Below, one piece after another: positions 50,956 to 64,000 of a stretch of DNA of 64,000 bases (position 1 is the first letter of the stretch; every line of letters begins with the position of its first letter). The translations under genes were made by a program, and so were the position numbers. Source of the stretch: Antedon mediterranea (taxonomy: Eukaryota; Animalia; Echinodermata); NCBI RefSeq assembly GCF_964355755.1, contig NC_092671.1:23324070-23388069 (forward strand). Reading direction: 5' to 3'. The notes beneath the pieces are model-generated. The model was not told where the DNA came from. It did no database searches and saw only the letters and a list, made by a program, of their open reading frames with translations.

Positions 50956-53900
50956 TAGTCCAGTCCCTAAGGGGAGAAAAAGGGGTGGGATGTTACCAGA
51001 CTGGATACAAATTTTTCAGTATAGCAGTTTGGTAGAGTATAGTGTGGAGATGCCAAAACAAAGTTACTGGAAATCTGATTGGACCTCTGTGACCTCTGAC
51101 CTCAATTTTTATATTTTTCTATTATATAACTAAAAATCGCCATATCTTGACAACGCAGGGACATTTGACATTTATTTTTTTTTCAAAATGCTTGGAAGAT
51201 ATATATTTATATTCGCTATAATGAAAATAATTGTACAAAAATGGCCGCAAAGGCTTTATTTTTCAGTTTGACCTTTGACCTTGATTGCCTAATATCTCAA
51301 TAACACGCAATTTCAGAGATTTGAGAATGGGCTCAAAATGTTAAGAAAATAAATCTAATATTTAGTCTAATAGAAACTTTTTTCAAAAAATTACCATAAA
51401 TCAAGCTTTTTTTACCCTTGACCTCTAATGTTTGAATATGTCAATATCTCGGTAACTATTTGTCCTAAAAAGTTCAGTTTGGTGTCAAATTGTTTAGAAT
51501 ATACACATTTATATTTGCTCTAACAAAATATTTTGTCAGAATTCAATTGGAAATGTCATTTTGAGCTAAGACCCATCGTTTTGCATATATTTAGCAATTA
51601 ATAATCTAAAAAAAGAGATCGAGAGAGGGGAGGGGGTTGGGGTGGATGGAGAGACACATATTTTTGTTACATGTTACACAAATGTTAAACTCTGTCTACA
51701 CTATAACATTTTTATGCAACAAAAAAATGTGATGTGCCCATATATGGACACGATGAATGACATATCACTACCATATTTGGGCACATCACACCTTTTTTGT
51801 TAAACTAGTTTATAGTGTAGACAAACATGTAAAAAATATGTGTCTCTCCATCACCCCAACCACCTCCCCCTCTCTCGCTTTTCCAATGCTACTGCATGCA
51901 TCTATACACATCAAGATGACAGGAATTGTACTGGAAAGTTTTTAGCTACATTTGAAAATAAGTCCCAGAGGATGGGTGTATTGTAATGTTATCAGAATTA
52001 TGGCAATTGTTTGTAATGGGAAAGTTTTAAAACTACATTTTAAATATTTGCTAATAATATCACATGCTATTAAAGATATACTTATTTTCCCCCTGACAAA
52101 AGTAATTTTGACAAATATTTTTGTTGAATATGCAATTTTAATGTCACACATAATAGTTTCACCAAAATTGGATTGAAAAAAAATGATATAGTGCATACCC
52201 AAAAAAACTGTAATTCAAAGCAAAAAATAGGCTGGAAGTCATTTTGTCTTTAAAGTGATATTTACTCTATTTTTTAGATTAGCTCTTTGATTAAACACCT
52301 CTTCCAATGCAGTGAAGATCTTAAGTGTCGCCTTGTCTTACTAATCTTCCTTTAACTTCTCTTTGAACGATCGTAATCAATATTTGTTGAGGTATAATAT
52401 TTCCCTCTAATATGGTAATGCCTGTTTTATTGAGTCAAATGCTTTCTGATAATCTCTAAATCAAAGATTTGGTGATATTCATTTCCTTTTTATTTTAGTT
52501 GATTGACAAACTGTATAAGATGGTCCTACTGTATAAAGCCTTATATATTGGTTTATTTACTTCTAGTCGGTCTCTGATTTTGTTTTTTGATTACTTTTGT
52601 AAATTATTTGTGTACATGTGATAATGTTCGTTTGGTCGGTAATGGTTGATGTCAGTTTTGTCATGTTTTTGTGGATTAAAGTATAATTATCATTGCTTCT
52701 CTTAATTTCTTCTGGTTTCAAAGATTTTGTTGTATAGTGTTATGAGCTGGATGTGTTATTGCCTCATCAAGCCAAGATGGTAATTTTGACTGCTCACTGG
52801 TTTGTTTTCCTTTTATATTCCACTACAGTATGTTCTTGAAAAGAAATTAGCTTTGTAATTAATTTGTCTTTGATCCTTTTCAGATTTCTAATATTTTAAA
52901 CATGTTTTTCTTTTCTTCGCTTTTTCCTCACTGTTTCAAACATTTTATTTTTTCAGCATACTTCAAGCAATTAATTGATAATTAGGTCATATGTTTTATG
53001 AGTATCAAATCGCATTGGTTAATTCTTCTTTTCTTTCTGTGTATTGTTCCTTTGACTAATTCTAAAAAAATAAAAAATAAAAGATTTCGAAAAAAGGTGG
53101 CTAATTTTGAAGTATCATAATAATTATTAACTTTCACCAAAAATTTTTCGAAAAAAAAAATCATTTAACTGAAATACAGACGTTTTTTTGTTAAAAAAAT
53201 AACTTTGACTTCCAGTCAAAGTTTTCGATCAAAACATATCCCATAATGAAACGCGCTTGTTTGGCTACTCTGTATGCATAATCATAAAACTTCCTTATGA
53301 TCTGTGTGAAAATACCTTCTCAACCGTGACGAGTTGTAAACAATCCTAATTAGCATATGCATAATGCATACTCATGGTTTGAAATCTTTGTTTACTTTCG
53401 CTCGCGACGATTTTCCAGATAAAATGTAATCAAACTAATTTACCTGTTAATTACATAAACTAGTTGTTTTAGCTTGAATTTTCGACTTAAAGTGAATAAC
53501 TTTAATATTACTTTGATATGGCCACTTTAAATTTAGAATATTTTGACCTTCATTTTTTTGTGTTTCAAGGGACAATACATCATTAAGATCCTGATTTTCT
53601 TTCTTTTTTTTAAAATGTTATTTAACTTTTAAGTTTATCTAATTTTTTGTTGATATTAAGTGTTGCTCTTACGGTGTAGGCCTACCATGCGATGGAATTA
53701 TATATTGAAATTAAATTAAACATTAAGTTTTAAGAAAATTGTAAAAGGTTAAATAGGATATTGAATGTAGTTCTGGTCCATTAAATCTATATTTTAGGTA
53801 TATTATTATAAGTATGACACACGCACGCTTAACAGTATATCCTGGTCATACCTCAAACTGGCATTTCCAGTAAAAATATGATAACATCTTCTATTAGAGC

Positions 53901-54440
53901 TAATATAAATGTTTACATTTTGAACATTTTGAAACCAAGTTGAACTTTTTATGACATTTGGTTACAGAGATACAGACATATTTACACATTAAAGGTCAAA
54001 GGTCAGTAAATGACATTTCCTGTGGATTTGGAAGAACATGTTTAATTAGAGTATATATAAATATGTATGCTCTTAACAATTTGAAACAAATTTCAAGAAA
54101 TTTTGACCAGTAGTTATTGAGATATAGTAAGCCGAGGTCAAAGGTCGAAACATTGAGAAATTACATTTCCGGTCGTTTTTTTGAAAAAAGTTCTATTAGA
54201 GCGAATATAAATATGTACCCTCTGATCTATTTGTCAGCAATATCATTTCAATTGTCAAACCCGTTGCAGAGATATGGCTGTTTAAGATAGAAATATAAAA
54301 ATTGAGGTCAGAGGTCACAGAGGTCAAATCAGATTTCCAGTAACTTTGTTTTGGTATCTCCATATCATGTTCTATCAACATGCCAAAGGGCACACTTGTA
54401 TCCACTATGGTAACATCATTTCCCCTTAGGGACTGGACTA
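50956..54440. mobile_element. Non-autonomous Academ-like element
   Basis: TAGTCCAGTCCCTAAGGGGA...TCCCCTTAGGGACTGGACTA, TSD GTG; diverged ~600-bp arms. Confidence 0.86.
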
Positions 54441-54642
54441 GTGGCTCAAATGACACTCCAGGGCAATAAAATCACAATAACTTACAAAGCACTGACAGTA
54501 ATTGCTTGTCAAAACCAAATTGCCTAACCGTAACGCTAACGTAGCCTGGTCCGCGTAATGAATATGAATTTCGGTTGCGAGTGGTTGCGCGTTGTAGCGA
54601 GTGCTTACAAGTGGTATGACGTAGTTGCGAGTGGTGTTTAGT

Positions 54643-55248
54643 AGGGTTTTTACAGCCGAACGGCTGCCGACTGAAACGGTCGCCAATTAAAACACAATAG
54701 AATGTATGAAACGCCGCGTGTGCCGTTTGTCATACAACGTGTAATCAAAACGACGTGTGGTTTAATACAATTGTTTTACTTTTTTTTCAGATTGAAATGA
54801 ATTAATATTAACAGATAGGCCTAGATGTTTTTAATTATCATTATTTTTATTTTACATTTACATTAAATAATAATAATAATAATAATATATAATAATTATA
54901 TTAATTATTAAAAACGGCAGCCGACTGTTTTGCCTATTTCAACTTCAATAATTGATCATACGTATTTGTTTGAATACGTTAAATTAAATAAATTTAGAAT
55001 GGTGAATTATTATAATAAACATTATTAATAAAAACTTAACTCAAAAATACGTTTATTCTTTGATTTAATTCTTAAACATGTATTATATTGGTTGTTTCAT
55101 TTATTTGTTCCTCCATTGTGGTTTCATAGCTTTACTGTACGTTTAATACTGCATTGGCTTGTTGAAGCTGCGGCGGTATTGGCGTCCCATAGAAAATGTT
55201 GGCGGCCGTTTCAGTCGTCGGCGGCCGTTTACCTTTAGTAGGACCCCC
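54643..55248. mobile_element. MITE related to the 12569-14776 element
   Basis: Inverted ends aacggctgccgactgaaacggtcgcc / ggcggccgtttcagtcg..cggcggccgtt; shared gtatg(g/a)aacgccg motif; boundaries approximate. Confidence 0.5.
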
Positions 55249-55629
55249 CTGTAACTGATCCGGTTTAATATAGCCTAGGCCTAGGCTAGGCTAGAAAGGA
55301 AGCTGCAATAATGGTAAGTTTTGTGAAAACACTGTTAGGCCTAAGCCCTAGCTAAGCCTAGCTTGAAATTCTATTGAAATAAGCCCAGGACTAGGCCTAG
55401 GCCTACTAGGCCCTATAGCCTAGCCTAGGCCTAGTGTAATACTAATGGATTGGGTACCACAACGCGTGTGGGCTTTCGGGCCCAACTGTATGTGTGGACG
55501 TTCGGGCGCAACTGCGTAACTTGGACGTTCGGGTCCAACTATGTGAACGTTCAACCCCAACATTTTTAGACGATCGGATTTAGATGATCGGGCCCAACGT
55601 GTTTTACTGGTACTAAATACGGTGCCAGA

Positions 55630-55761
55630 TGAAATCGGTCGCGTTTGAAATCGGTCGCGTTTGAAATCGGTCGCGTAAAAATCAACTTCCAGTGTTTTGT
55701 ATGGAGCGCCGCTAGGTACGTTTTTGATCATTGAAATCGGTCGCGTTTGAAATCGGTCGCG
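55630..55761. repeat. Five copies of gaaatcggtcgcg, possible Mutator subterminal repeats
   Basis: Direct repeats ~1 kb downstream of the MULE gene. Confidence 0.6.
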
Positions 55762-56758
55762 CTATTTTGTATGATTTCCTTTATTAGTCTCAATTAAAAT
55801 TACAAAACACTTACGATTACCGATATTTATCCAGTGTTTTTTTTTTATATTTTCTGTATTACTATTTTTTATGGGTTAGGCCTACGGATCCAGGCCTACA
55901 CGTATTCTGGACACAAGTTGTAACATTTAGGCTACTTATGTTTTTAAAAAAATAAAGTAAATAATTAATTAAATTAGCAAGATTAGGCCTATAAGGTAAA
56001 TACCCTTCCAATAATTGCGCTTGTTCACCCAACGTAATGTGTTTGCCCTTACGTTGGGCCGTAGTGGGAACCACGCTTAACGTGATCTCGCGCGATTTAA
56101 AAAAATCACGACCGGCCGTCGTAAATACACAAATAAATAGGCCTAGTGTTTAAAAACCGTTCATTTTTTTAATACGAAAAAATTAGCACGTGTCAGGCAA
56201 TTTTAAGCATTTATAAATAATCCACATTTGCATTTGTATATATTTGTAATTAATGATTTGTTTTCAATTTTGTATACAGGTTGCAAGGAAGGATGTGTGC
56301 TTGTTGAAAAACTTTACCTATAATATTTTTATGGAAAGATAGATATTTATATATATTAGTTTCTATGCCTACTACAGAGTGGACCAACTTGTATTTTAAA
56401 AATGAATCTACTGTTATTGTTTACAATAAATGCAATAGCTACAAAAGATAAAATGTAGCAAACAATTTTGCGTTCTAGGAACGAACTGAATTTGAAATAT
56501 TAAATGAATGTACATTTATATCTTATATGTATGCAACAGAAAAAAAAAATCAGATAAACTTTTGAAAATTTCAAATATATTATTATAATATAAACTCAAC
56601 ATATTTATTTGATATGGTATTTAACACTTTCTATATAACGTTTGATTGCACTAATTAACATTTTACTATCATAAATACTAGACATAATCATATAAATTAT
56701 TTTAAAATATAGTTAAGCAAATACCAGTAAAAAATAACCAAACATCTTCTGATACACT

Positions 56759-59490
56759 TTAAACATCGTCGAGGTTGCGAACATCATTCGATATCACGCG
56801 ACATCCAGCATTTAAAAGTGACCTCGCCGAACGCTCCCCCAATCTGTATTGCTCCCATAGTCTTAACAGACGTCGTGTTGCCAATTTATACCTTGGTCTT
56901 TGGACTCTATCTAAATCTTCTCGATTCACGAGCTCCATGGCAATATGAACAGTTTTGCTTTCGTCGAACAGGAGATCAATCATCAGGTAAAAGTGTAATT
57001 TCGCTAAAAAATAAATTAAATTATAGGCATTATAAGCTAGTCGTATCCAGAGAATAACTATTATAACGATTTCATTGAGTATAAAATCATCGCAATGATA
57101 CTCTAGAATACTTACATCGTCGTCCTTTTCGATTTAGTCTGCCATGCCAGCCTTCCAGGTCGTTATTCGTTCTCCTTTCTTGGCCATATACAGACCAGTC
57201 TCTCGGTGTGAAAACGTTTCCATATACCCATGTTCGCTGAATATACACAAGAAGTTGGCGTATTACGGCGTTATCCCCAGCATTCCGTTGAAGAAAGTCG
57301 AATATAGGTTGAATGTGCTCAACGGGAAGCAACGGTAAACCCATGAGCTGCCTTACTAACTATATTAAATAATAGTAATAATAATGATAAAAAAAATATG
57401 TAGTTCTAAGATCCAATGAATCATGTTTACAACAATATTAAGGCCTAAATATCAATAAACTGATTTCATACCTCGTGTGTGCCGTTTTCATTTCCATAAG
57501 CTCGTTGTAATCCAAGTTCCTGGACTTTTCGAAATATGGCCTGCCAAGATCAATAAAGTAAATAATGTATTTTAGAATCTTAATTCAACTGATTCAATGA
57601 CTTATTTCGGAGTTTGTTCATACATAAATTTATCAAGTCAAGTAGCTGCTGCGTGAAACAATAATTTAAAAGAGTATGCAATCAAATGTTGACAAAAACT
57701 TAAAAAAATGTAATCAACAAAGATGAACCGTATGTGTTTATATACCTGTGTAAAATGAAATAGACAACCCGTAATAGTCACATCAGGAAATACTCTTCTA
57801 AACGCTTGCCAAATAGATGCCTCATAATCGGCTACAACTTTGGTCACAGAAGGAACATTCGGTATAAGATCAACGATTGCTTCTAAAACGGCAACATAAT
57901 CTTCATGACAAAAATGAGAGGTACTTGCTTACTGCAGTTACCAGATGTTACAAAGCTATGGATACTAAACAGTTGCATAAACGGTTGTTTAACCAGTTTG
58001 AAAGTTGCATCCACGTACCTATTAAAAAGAACAAAAAGGGATATCGTTTTAAAGATGTCACTCTGAGAAAATATTCATAAACATCATGAAATATATATTT
58101 TAAATAATACTTTAACCAATCACTAACCAATTCCTTGCGTTCGAAAGAAGTTCCATCATACAGTCTGTCGCTAACACTATGTGCCGTTGGTTATCAAGAA
58201 CGACGTCAGTTTGAATAAAACCAGCGGGAATATAGTCTTGGTCAACAACAAAATTTAAATCTCTTGGATGATTCGGTCGTGTTAGCTTTCTCTTATAATT
58301 AGCCTGTTGTGCAAGATTAATAGGTTTGGGTAATGTGGGATGCACAGCAATATTTCCTGGTCCAATTTCCTCCCTTATAGACTGTTCAACTATATCGGCA
58401 GCGGATACAAAGGGGTTGTTAACGGCCTTAGCTTTTATATCGCGTCTCATAGTTGCAACATTTACACGTCCTATAGATAATGTAAAAAAAAAGATTTTTT
58501 TTTTCACACAACAAAATGAAAAAAATTAATAGCAATTGATATATTGGACGGCAAAAATGAATAAAGTGCATTAAAAGATATTTAGTGACTATTTACAGTA
58601 GGCCTACTAGAGGCCTAACACGTAGTAAATTTGATAATTTACCTTAAATATGTTCACCATTTAAAACTTTATTTATATCTTAAATTATATTAATGATATT
58701 TTTATTTTTAGATAGTATAGATGTATGCTAATTTGTAGTTTAAACCAAAAATAGTACCGGGTACTTTACCTGGATTAGCAGCTCCGCAAGTATGATCTTG
58801 TAATCCTTTGACATATAGACCATTACGTTCTATTACACTTGCCTTGCACATAACATTCTTATTTCTCACACTGCATCGCCAATTCACATGAGAACGCCTT
58901 TTGTCCACTTTCTGAGTGTATTGGTATCCGTTGTCGTCAATTAAAGTATCCTTACAAATAATATGCATTAAAACAATAAATTAAATTTCGCGTATACTGG
59001 GCCGCATCATCAAAATCTACCTACTGTATTTAACTATAATACTTGAGTGAGGAAGTATGCTACCCGAAAGCTCTGTAATTTCTTTCTGGCTGTTTTACTT
59101 TATCGTTTTGATTTATTTTATTTGTATCTTTATTGAAATTCAATGACATAATATGCCTACTCAGACTTTCAGAGAGTTTTCAGTAATAACTTGGCCGTGT
59201 AATAAATGCGACAAATAGAGGCATGAAAAAAGTGCAAAATGTTTTAAATCAAAAGTATTTACCTCTATGCCTCTCCACCCCCCACATTTTTTAGGTGGGG
59301 AAACTCTCACCTAATAAAAATATTTAAGTAAGAAATAAAGTAACTACTTTTCCACGATTAGTAGCAGCTGGAATCCGTCTGTATTGCACTTCTCCTCTTT
59401 CTTCTTCTATAACTGGTTGGGGTTGAGGGTATATTTGATCTAACTCAACTTCTTCATGTTGCACCGGTTCGTCGAATTCACCTATATCGC
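56759..59490 (-). pseudogene. Spliced Mutator/MULE transposase with FLYWCH zinc finger
   Basis: At least 7 GT-AG exons: GYQY..WRCSVR..CKA..HTC (FLYWCH); WYVDATFK, ADYE, GCLFHFTQ, RTNNDLEGWH; frameshifting deletion at ~57905; 5' end uncertain. Confidence 0.88.
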
Positions 59491-60267
59491 CTGCATACAG
59501 TACCATAAAATTATGTAGACTTATTGTACACTATACACAATAAATCACGTGCTGAGAAGTTTTAAGTTTAAGGGTATTTCTGAAATATTAGTTTCATAAG
59601 CTTTAATATATATATATATATAATTTATTTAGGTTTTCAAAACTTATAAAAAGAAATGAATTGTACAAATGAGTGTTCACAAATACTTATATACATGTAC
59701 TTTGCTTAAGATGATTATTATAAATTCTATTGTGTTAGTAGTCAGAGGCTTAATTCCTATTTCATATAGACCTAATTTAATTTATTTAAACACAAAGGTG
59801 AACATTACCCGAACAAGCACTAAATGTTATTAGTATAACAAAAACTACGCTAATAACAGTAATATTTGGCCGCAAAACCAGTTGGTTAATTTTGGTTTAC
59901 ATTCTGTAGCTCTATTTACTGTTGTAATGACTCCTGGAAGTATTGATGGCTCGGCCGGTTGGCGGGGGTTTGCGGGCGAAGCATTCGCACTTGCTGCCGA
60001 TGGCGCAGTTGAGGCTTAACTTTTTGGGCAATTTCTAGCTGCTAATTCGAACGGCGATTTAGGTGCATTTGCTACCTTATATTCGATAAATTTCTTTCTC
60101 TTGATGTAATTCATATAGATTGGTACTTTCGGTATGTATAGTACAATAATCATTGTCAAATACGGTGTTGCAAACACAACATTGTAACTTTGTTCGCATT
60201 CGTTTTCTACTTGGTTTTTCCATCTAGGCAATACTGGTAATGGTATACGGGACTCTCGACTAGTATA

Positions 60268-62247
60268 CAGTGGGTATCCCAATGAAAGCGCACAGAGGGG
60301 TATCACTTTTGAAATATTGACGAAATTCGAAAAAGTAGTATGACTTTGATGTTAAATAAATCGTATTCAATCTTAATTAATACTTACAAAATTTATATTG
60401 TTTGAAAGTACTTGTTTTAATCTATGTATAAGTGTGTTTATAATTAAAATTAATGAATTAGTTGCCGAGAAAATGCGATTTTAAAACGGTTCTAAAATCC
60501 TGTCGAGCCGATTTCCGCGCGTTGAAAACCTCATCGGAAAATCCCCATCAGTTTTCAAAACACGATCGCACGATTACCATTGAAGCTAGCGGATTAATTT
60601 TTGTTGTATGTTATCGGGCTTTAAATAAGCTTTAATTTGATACGAAAATCGTCTTCTATAAATAGGTTTTTCGTAACGAAAAGTCAATTTTTGTGACAAA
60701 AATCCAATTTTGATTCACCGTTTATGGAAAAATATTATGGATTTTGGTATTAAATTATAGCTAAATCTACATTGAAATCGATAAAACATAGTTTACAAAC
60801 GTATTGTGCATGGTAATTGTGCGAACTACATTTTAAAATGGTGCATGAGGCGTAAATCCCGTTCAAAATTTTAAAGATCCAACCATTATAATCCGGTGAA
60901 TATTGTAGTGAGTAAAATATTGTACTCTAAAATACGCGCGTGTTTGTTGTGGCGTTTTCCGTTAAATACATTAATGCACCCTATCAGCGAATGGTACGTT
61001 CCATATTTTGAACACGTTGTTTAGTTTTCCTCGCTCGAGTTCGACCGGCACCGGCTCGACGCGCGAGATGTGTGACAGCAGCGATGTCGGAGTTTGACAT
61101 GTCCTTTTCCGTCGTAGAACATCTGGTTTTACACATTAATTTAACAACTTAAAATTGATGTAATGTGCGGAAGATTTATTATGCAAGTATACAATGCAAA
61201 TTTACCAACGTTACATTTGACTCTGTATACGGCGGTCGAAAGTCATTAACTGCGACCGAAATACTTTAACGGGAGCAACTACTGTTCGCGAGTAAGCCGT
61301 GACTTGGCCTAAACTTTATCTCCGTATTTCAATTTAATAACGTAATAATACGAAAAGAAAACAATTTTTATAATGTTATATATACTATTCAGGTAAACAA
61401 TTAATTGTTTTAATTAACATTGATTATTTTAAATGAGTTTATTTTGACCCATATTGTGCGTTTGCCTTATAAAAGAGCATATCTTACTTAGCAGCCCGGC
61501 TTAGATTTGGTGTCATAATCATACGGGCCTAAAATCTTGTTTTACGTATTCAAAAGTTATATATAATAGTATTTATGATTGAAATTATAAATATAAAGTA
61601 TATTAAAATATTCTAATAATTATACTTACCGAAAATTAGTGTAAAAGAAAGGAAACAGTACACACCGTTTTTAACATACTTTTTCATTTTTTTTTTTTAT
61701 AATTTTAAATTTCACCATTAAAAATTTTTTTTTTTTTTATATACACATCTAAAATATATTTATTAATGAAATATACACTACATTCTAACAAGTACAAAAA
61801 AAATTAAATGAATTAGTACAGTAGTTCAAAAGTTACAGGTCATTGAAAAATTGCAGTTTTTTCATTTTTTTAGGGAATTCCAGCAAAAATGGGCTCCTAC
61901 CACTTTGCGGACCAATAATTTAAAAAATAGGTTTCGTTGAGGCTCCAAAAAAAATAGAGTTGTACAACTCTGTGATATCTATAGGTTTAACAAAATTCAA
62001 AACTTTTAACTAATTATTGTAAAAGTTATAACCTTTTAAAAATGCTTCCAATTTCAACTGCAAAAAATACAATTTTCAGGCAAAAAATCGTATATTTTTT
62101 TACCACTTTAAATAACCATAACTTTAGAACGGGTAATCGGATTTCAATCATTTAAATTGCAAAATTCTAATTACATTAAGTTCTTTATGGTTAACTGGAA
62201 GAAAAAGTAAAAAAATTAATCTGAATTTTTTCATTGGGATACTTATA
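60268..62247. mobile_element. Probable non-autonomous Tc1/mariner-like element
   Basis: TA|cagtgggtatcccaatgaaa with inverted tttcattgggatac at 62229-62242; right end degenerate. Confidence 0.5.
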
Positions 62248-63238
62248 TACAGTGATGTTGCAATAACAGAGTGAGATGAGATCAGTATTGAGATGTCACG
62301 TATCTTCCCCAAAATCGGAAAGCTCTTTGAAATACACGTAAACACTTGGGTTGCGTGACCGCAATTTTACAGACCGTGGGAAAATAGTTTGAAAGTTGTG
62401 TTTAGGAGTAATTTTATTGTAATTTCATGATGGATCAAATTTACTTTATTTAACAGGTATGTAAATATTAACAATTTTTCTGCAGTTTATTCTTATTTGC
62501 CTAACTTTTTTTTTTTCCACGGCACCCTTGTTTTGCCGACGGACCGCGATGTGCCGACGGCCCAAGGCCCCCCCCCCCCCCCCCGCCACTGGATACGCCA
62601 CTGCTTACAGTACCGATTATGATTAATCAATTGTGTGATGAAACAAATTGCAAAGAATTTTTCATTTTTTTTTTTCTTTTTCTGTTGGATGCAGTGTATA
62701 TAGATGTCACAAACTCCTCTTACGTATGTTTCCGAGCCGTTGAAAATACTTTAGGAACTCCCTTGTGACAAAAGTATACACACAAAATCCACAAAGTTTT
62801 AAAATAACTCAAAAACAAAGCTCTAATTTCAATCAACTTCAGCTTTCAACAATCCCGTAAGCACTTTAAACAACAGCTTCACAATAACTTTTACAATTGA
62901 ATATCCAACAACCTTACAATAGTTTTACATCCCTTTATATACAAGATGTTCCTATCCTTGTAGATCATTCTTTATACTTCTTATTCTATGGGATTATAGT
63001 TTCTATTAATAGCACTTCTGGAATGTAACTGATTGTTCCTATTAATTATACATGGTTTCTTAAATCAAAACATCTTATTCTAGAATGTTCATGTAGACTC
63101 TATAATACTGTGTTAGGAATGGTAATTTATTACAATAGAATAGCCATATGGCTACATAGTTAGGGAAAGAACTGTAGGACTACCTGTAGAAGACTGACGA
63201 ACGTCATATCAGCCATAACAGACATGGAGATTTATATA

Positions 63239-63316
63239 CCGTATATTTCGGTGTATAAGACGCACTTTTGACACGCAAATTTGACCTCTAAATTTTGGGT
63301 GCGTCTTATACACAGG
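63239..63316. mobile_element. pogo/Tc2-like transposon terminus
   Basis: TA|ccgtatatttcggtgtataagacgcac...gtgcgtcttatacac hairpin; other end not in the window. Confidence 0.6.
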
Positions 63317-63853
63317 TAACCTCCTCACGCACCCTTAAAAAGCTAGTTAACAGTGTATAGTAGCTAGCTAGGAGGCGTACCTAGCCTATTAAAAATAGTG
63401 TACTACTCTGCAATGTAGGCCTAGCTAGTTACTCCTGTCTAATTACACTGTGGTAACAAGTTTATTGAATTTTTAATTAAGGTAAATTGCCATCCTCAAC
63501 TGTACAGTATTAATTAATATTTACAGTACTTGCATGAGATATTCTACCCAGGCCTAGTACTCTTTGAACTCATGGGTGTGTATTCTAGCAGCATGCAGCA
63601 TCACAGCACAACACATTTATGGAAGAGTCCATTAATTACGGTGGTGGTATTTTAATTACAAAATACTATTTCCCTTGATCATGGTGGTTTATTTTATTAC
63701 ATCTCTATGTCAACAATCACATAATTTTATAATCATGTAGGCAATAGTTCGTATGTCAAGTGATATTCAAAAGAGCGTGTTGTTATTGTGTTAAGTAGCT
63801 TCTCCATATGTCTTATAATGTGCTGGCCATCAGATAAGGAGAACATGGTTTTA

Positions 63854-63990
63854 GGGGTGCTGGTCAACCCGTACCCAAACCAACCCGTACCCATGCCAAC
63901 GCGTACCCAACTGGACTAACCCGTACCCAAATAATTGGTCAACTCGTACCCACTTTGGCTAACCCGTACCCAAACCAACCCGTACCATAT
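63854..63990. repeat. caacccgtaccc repeats, probable DNA-transposon (Mutator-like) end
   Basis: Seven spaced copies of aac(c/t/g)cgtacc. Confidence 0.55.
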
Positions 63991-64000
63991 GCCTTACCTA

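Larger units (their letters stand above)
46864..54560. mobile_element. 7.7-kb non-autonomous TIR element (CA..TG ends, 3-bp TSD; Academ- or CACTA-like)
   Basis: cattacgcggaccaggctactttagcgttacg / cgtaacgctaacgtagcctggtccgcgtaatg; TSD AAT. Confidence 0.8.

Noticed and set aside
60016-62345. ~115-aa minus-strand frame restored by removing the 60268-62247 insertion
   Set aside because: No recognisable motif, and the insertion boundary is uncertain.

Overview
AT-rich, intron-containing eukaryotic (animal, probably marine invertebrate) DNA made almost entirely of nested transposable elements; no ordinary host gene is recognisable. Left to right: (1) a decayed CR1/L2-group LINE on the minus strand (2A-like motif, PHD finger, APE endonuclease, RT). 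(2) A complete Ty3/Gypsy LTR retrotransposon (4718-25652, TSD AACG) with a PNMA-like gag, split in RNase H by a 12.2-kb CACTA/EnSpm-like non-autonomous element that itself holds three further insertions. (3) Several long-TIR non-autonomous Academ-like elements (TAG..CTA ends, 3-bp TSDs). (4) A decayed two-gene DNA transposon (IS3EU-like) pairing an IS3/integrase-core DDE transposase tail-to-tail with a spliced HECT E3 ubiquitin ligase gene. (5) A spliced FLYWCH-MULE transposase pseudogene, plus MITEs, minisatellites and a tRNA-Ala pseudogene. Most long ORFs at 13-14 kb, 17-18.5 kb and 47-50 kb are tandem-repeat artefacts. Best leads: the transposase+HECT ligase unit, a consensus PAM2 motif in the Gypsy integrase tail, a filled site next to its apparent excision footprint, and an inverted LTR copy that removed the Gypsy primer-binding site. 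Family names come from motif recognition by eye, not database searches.
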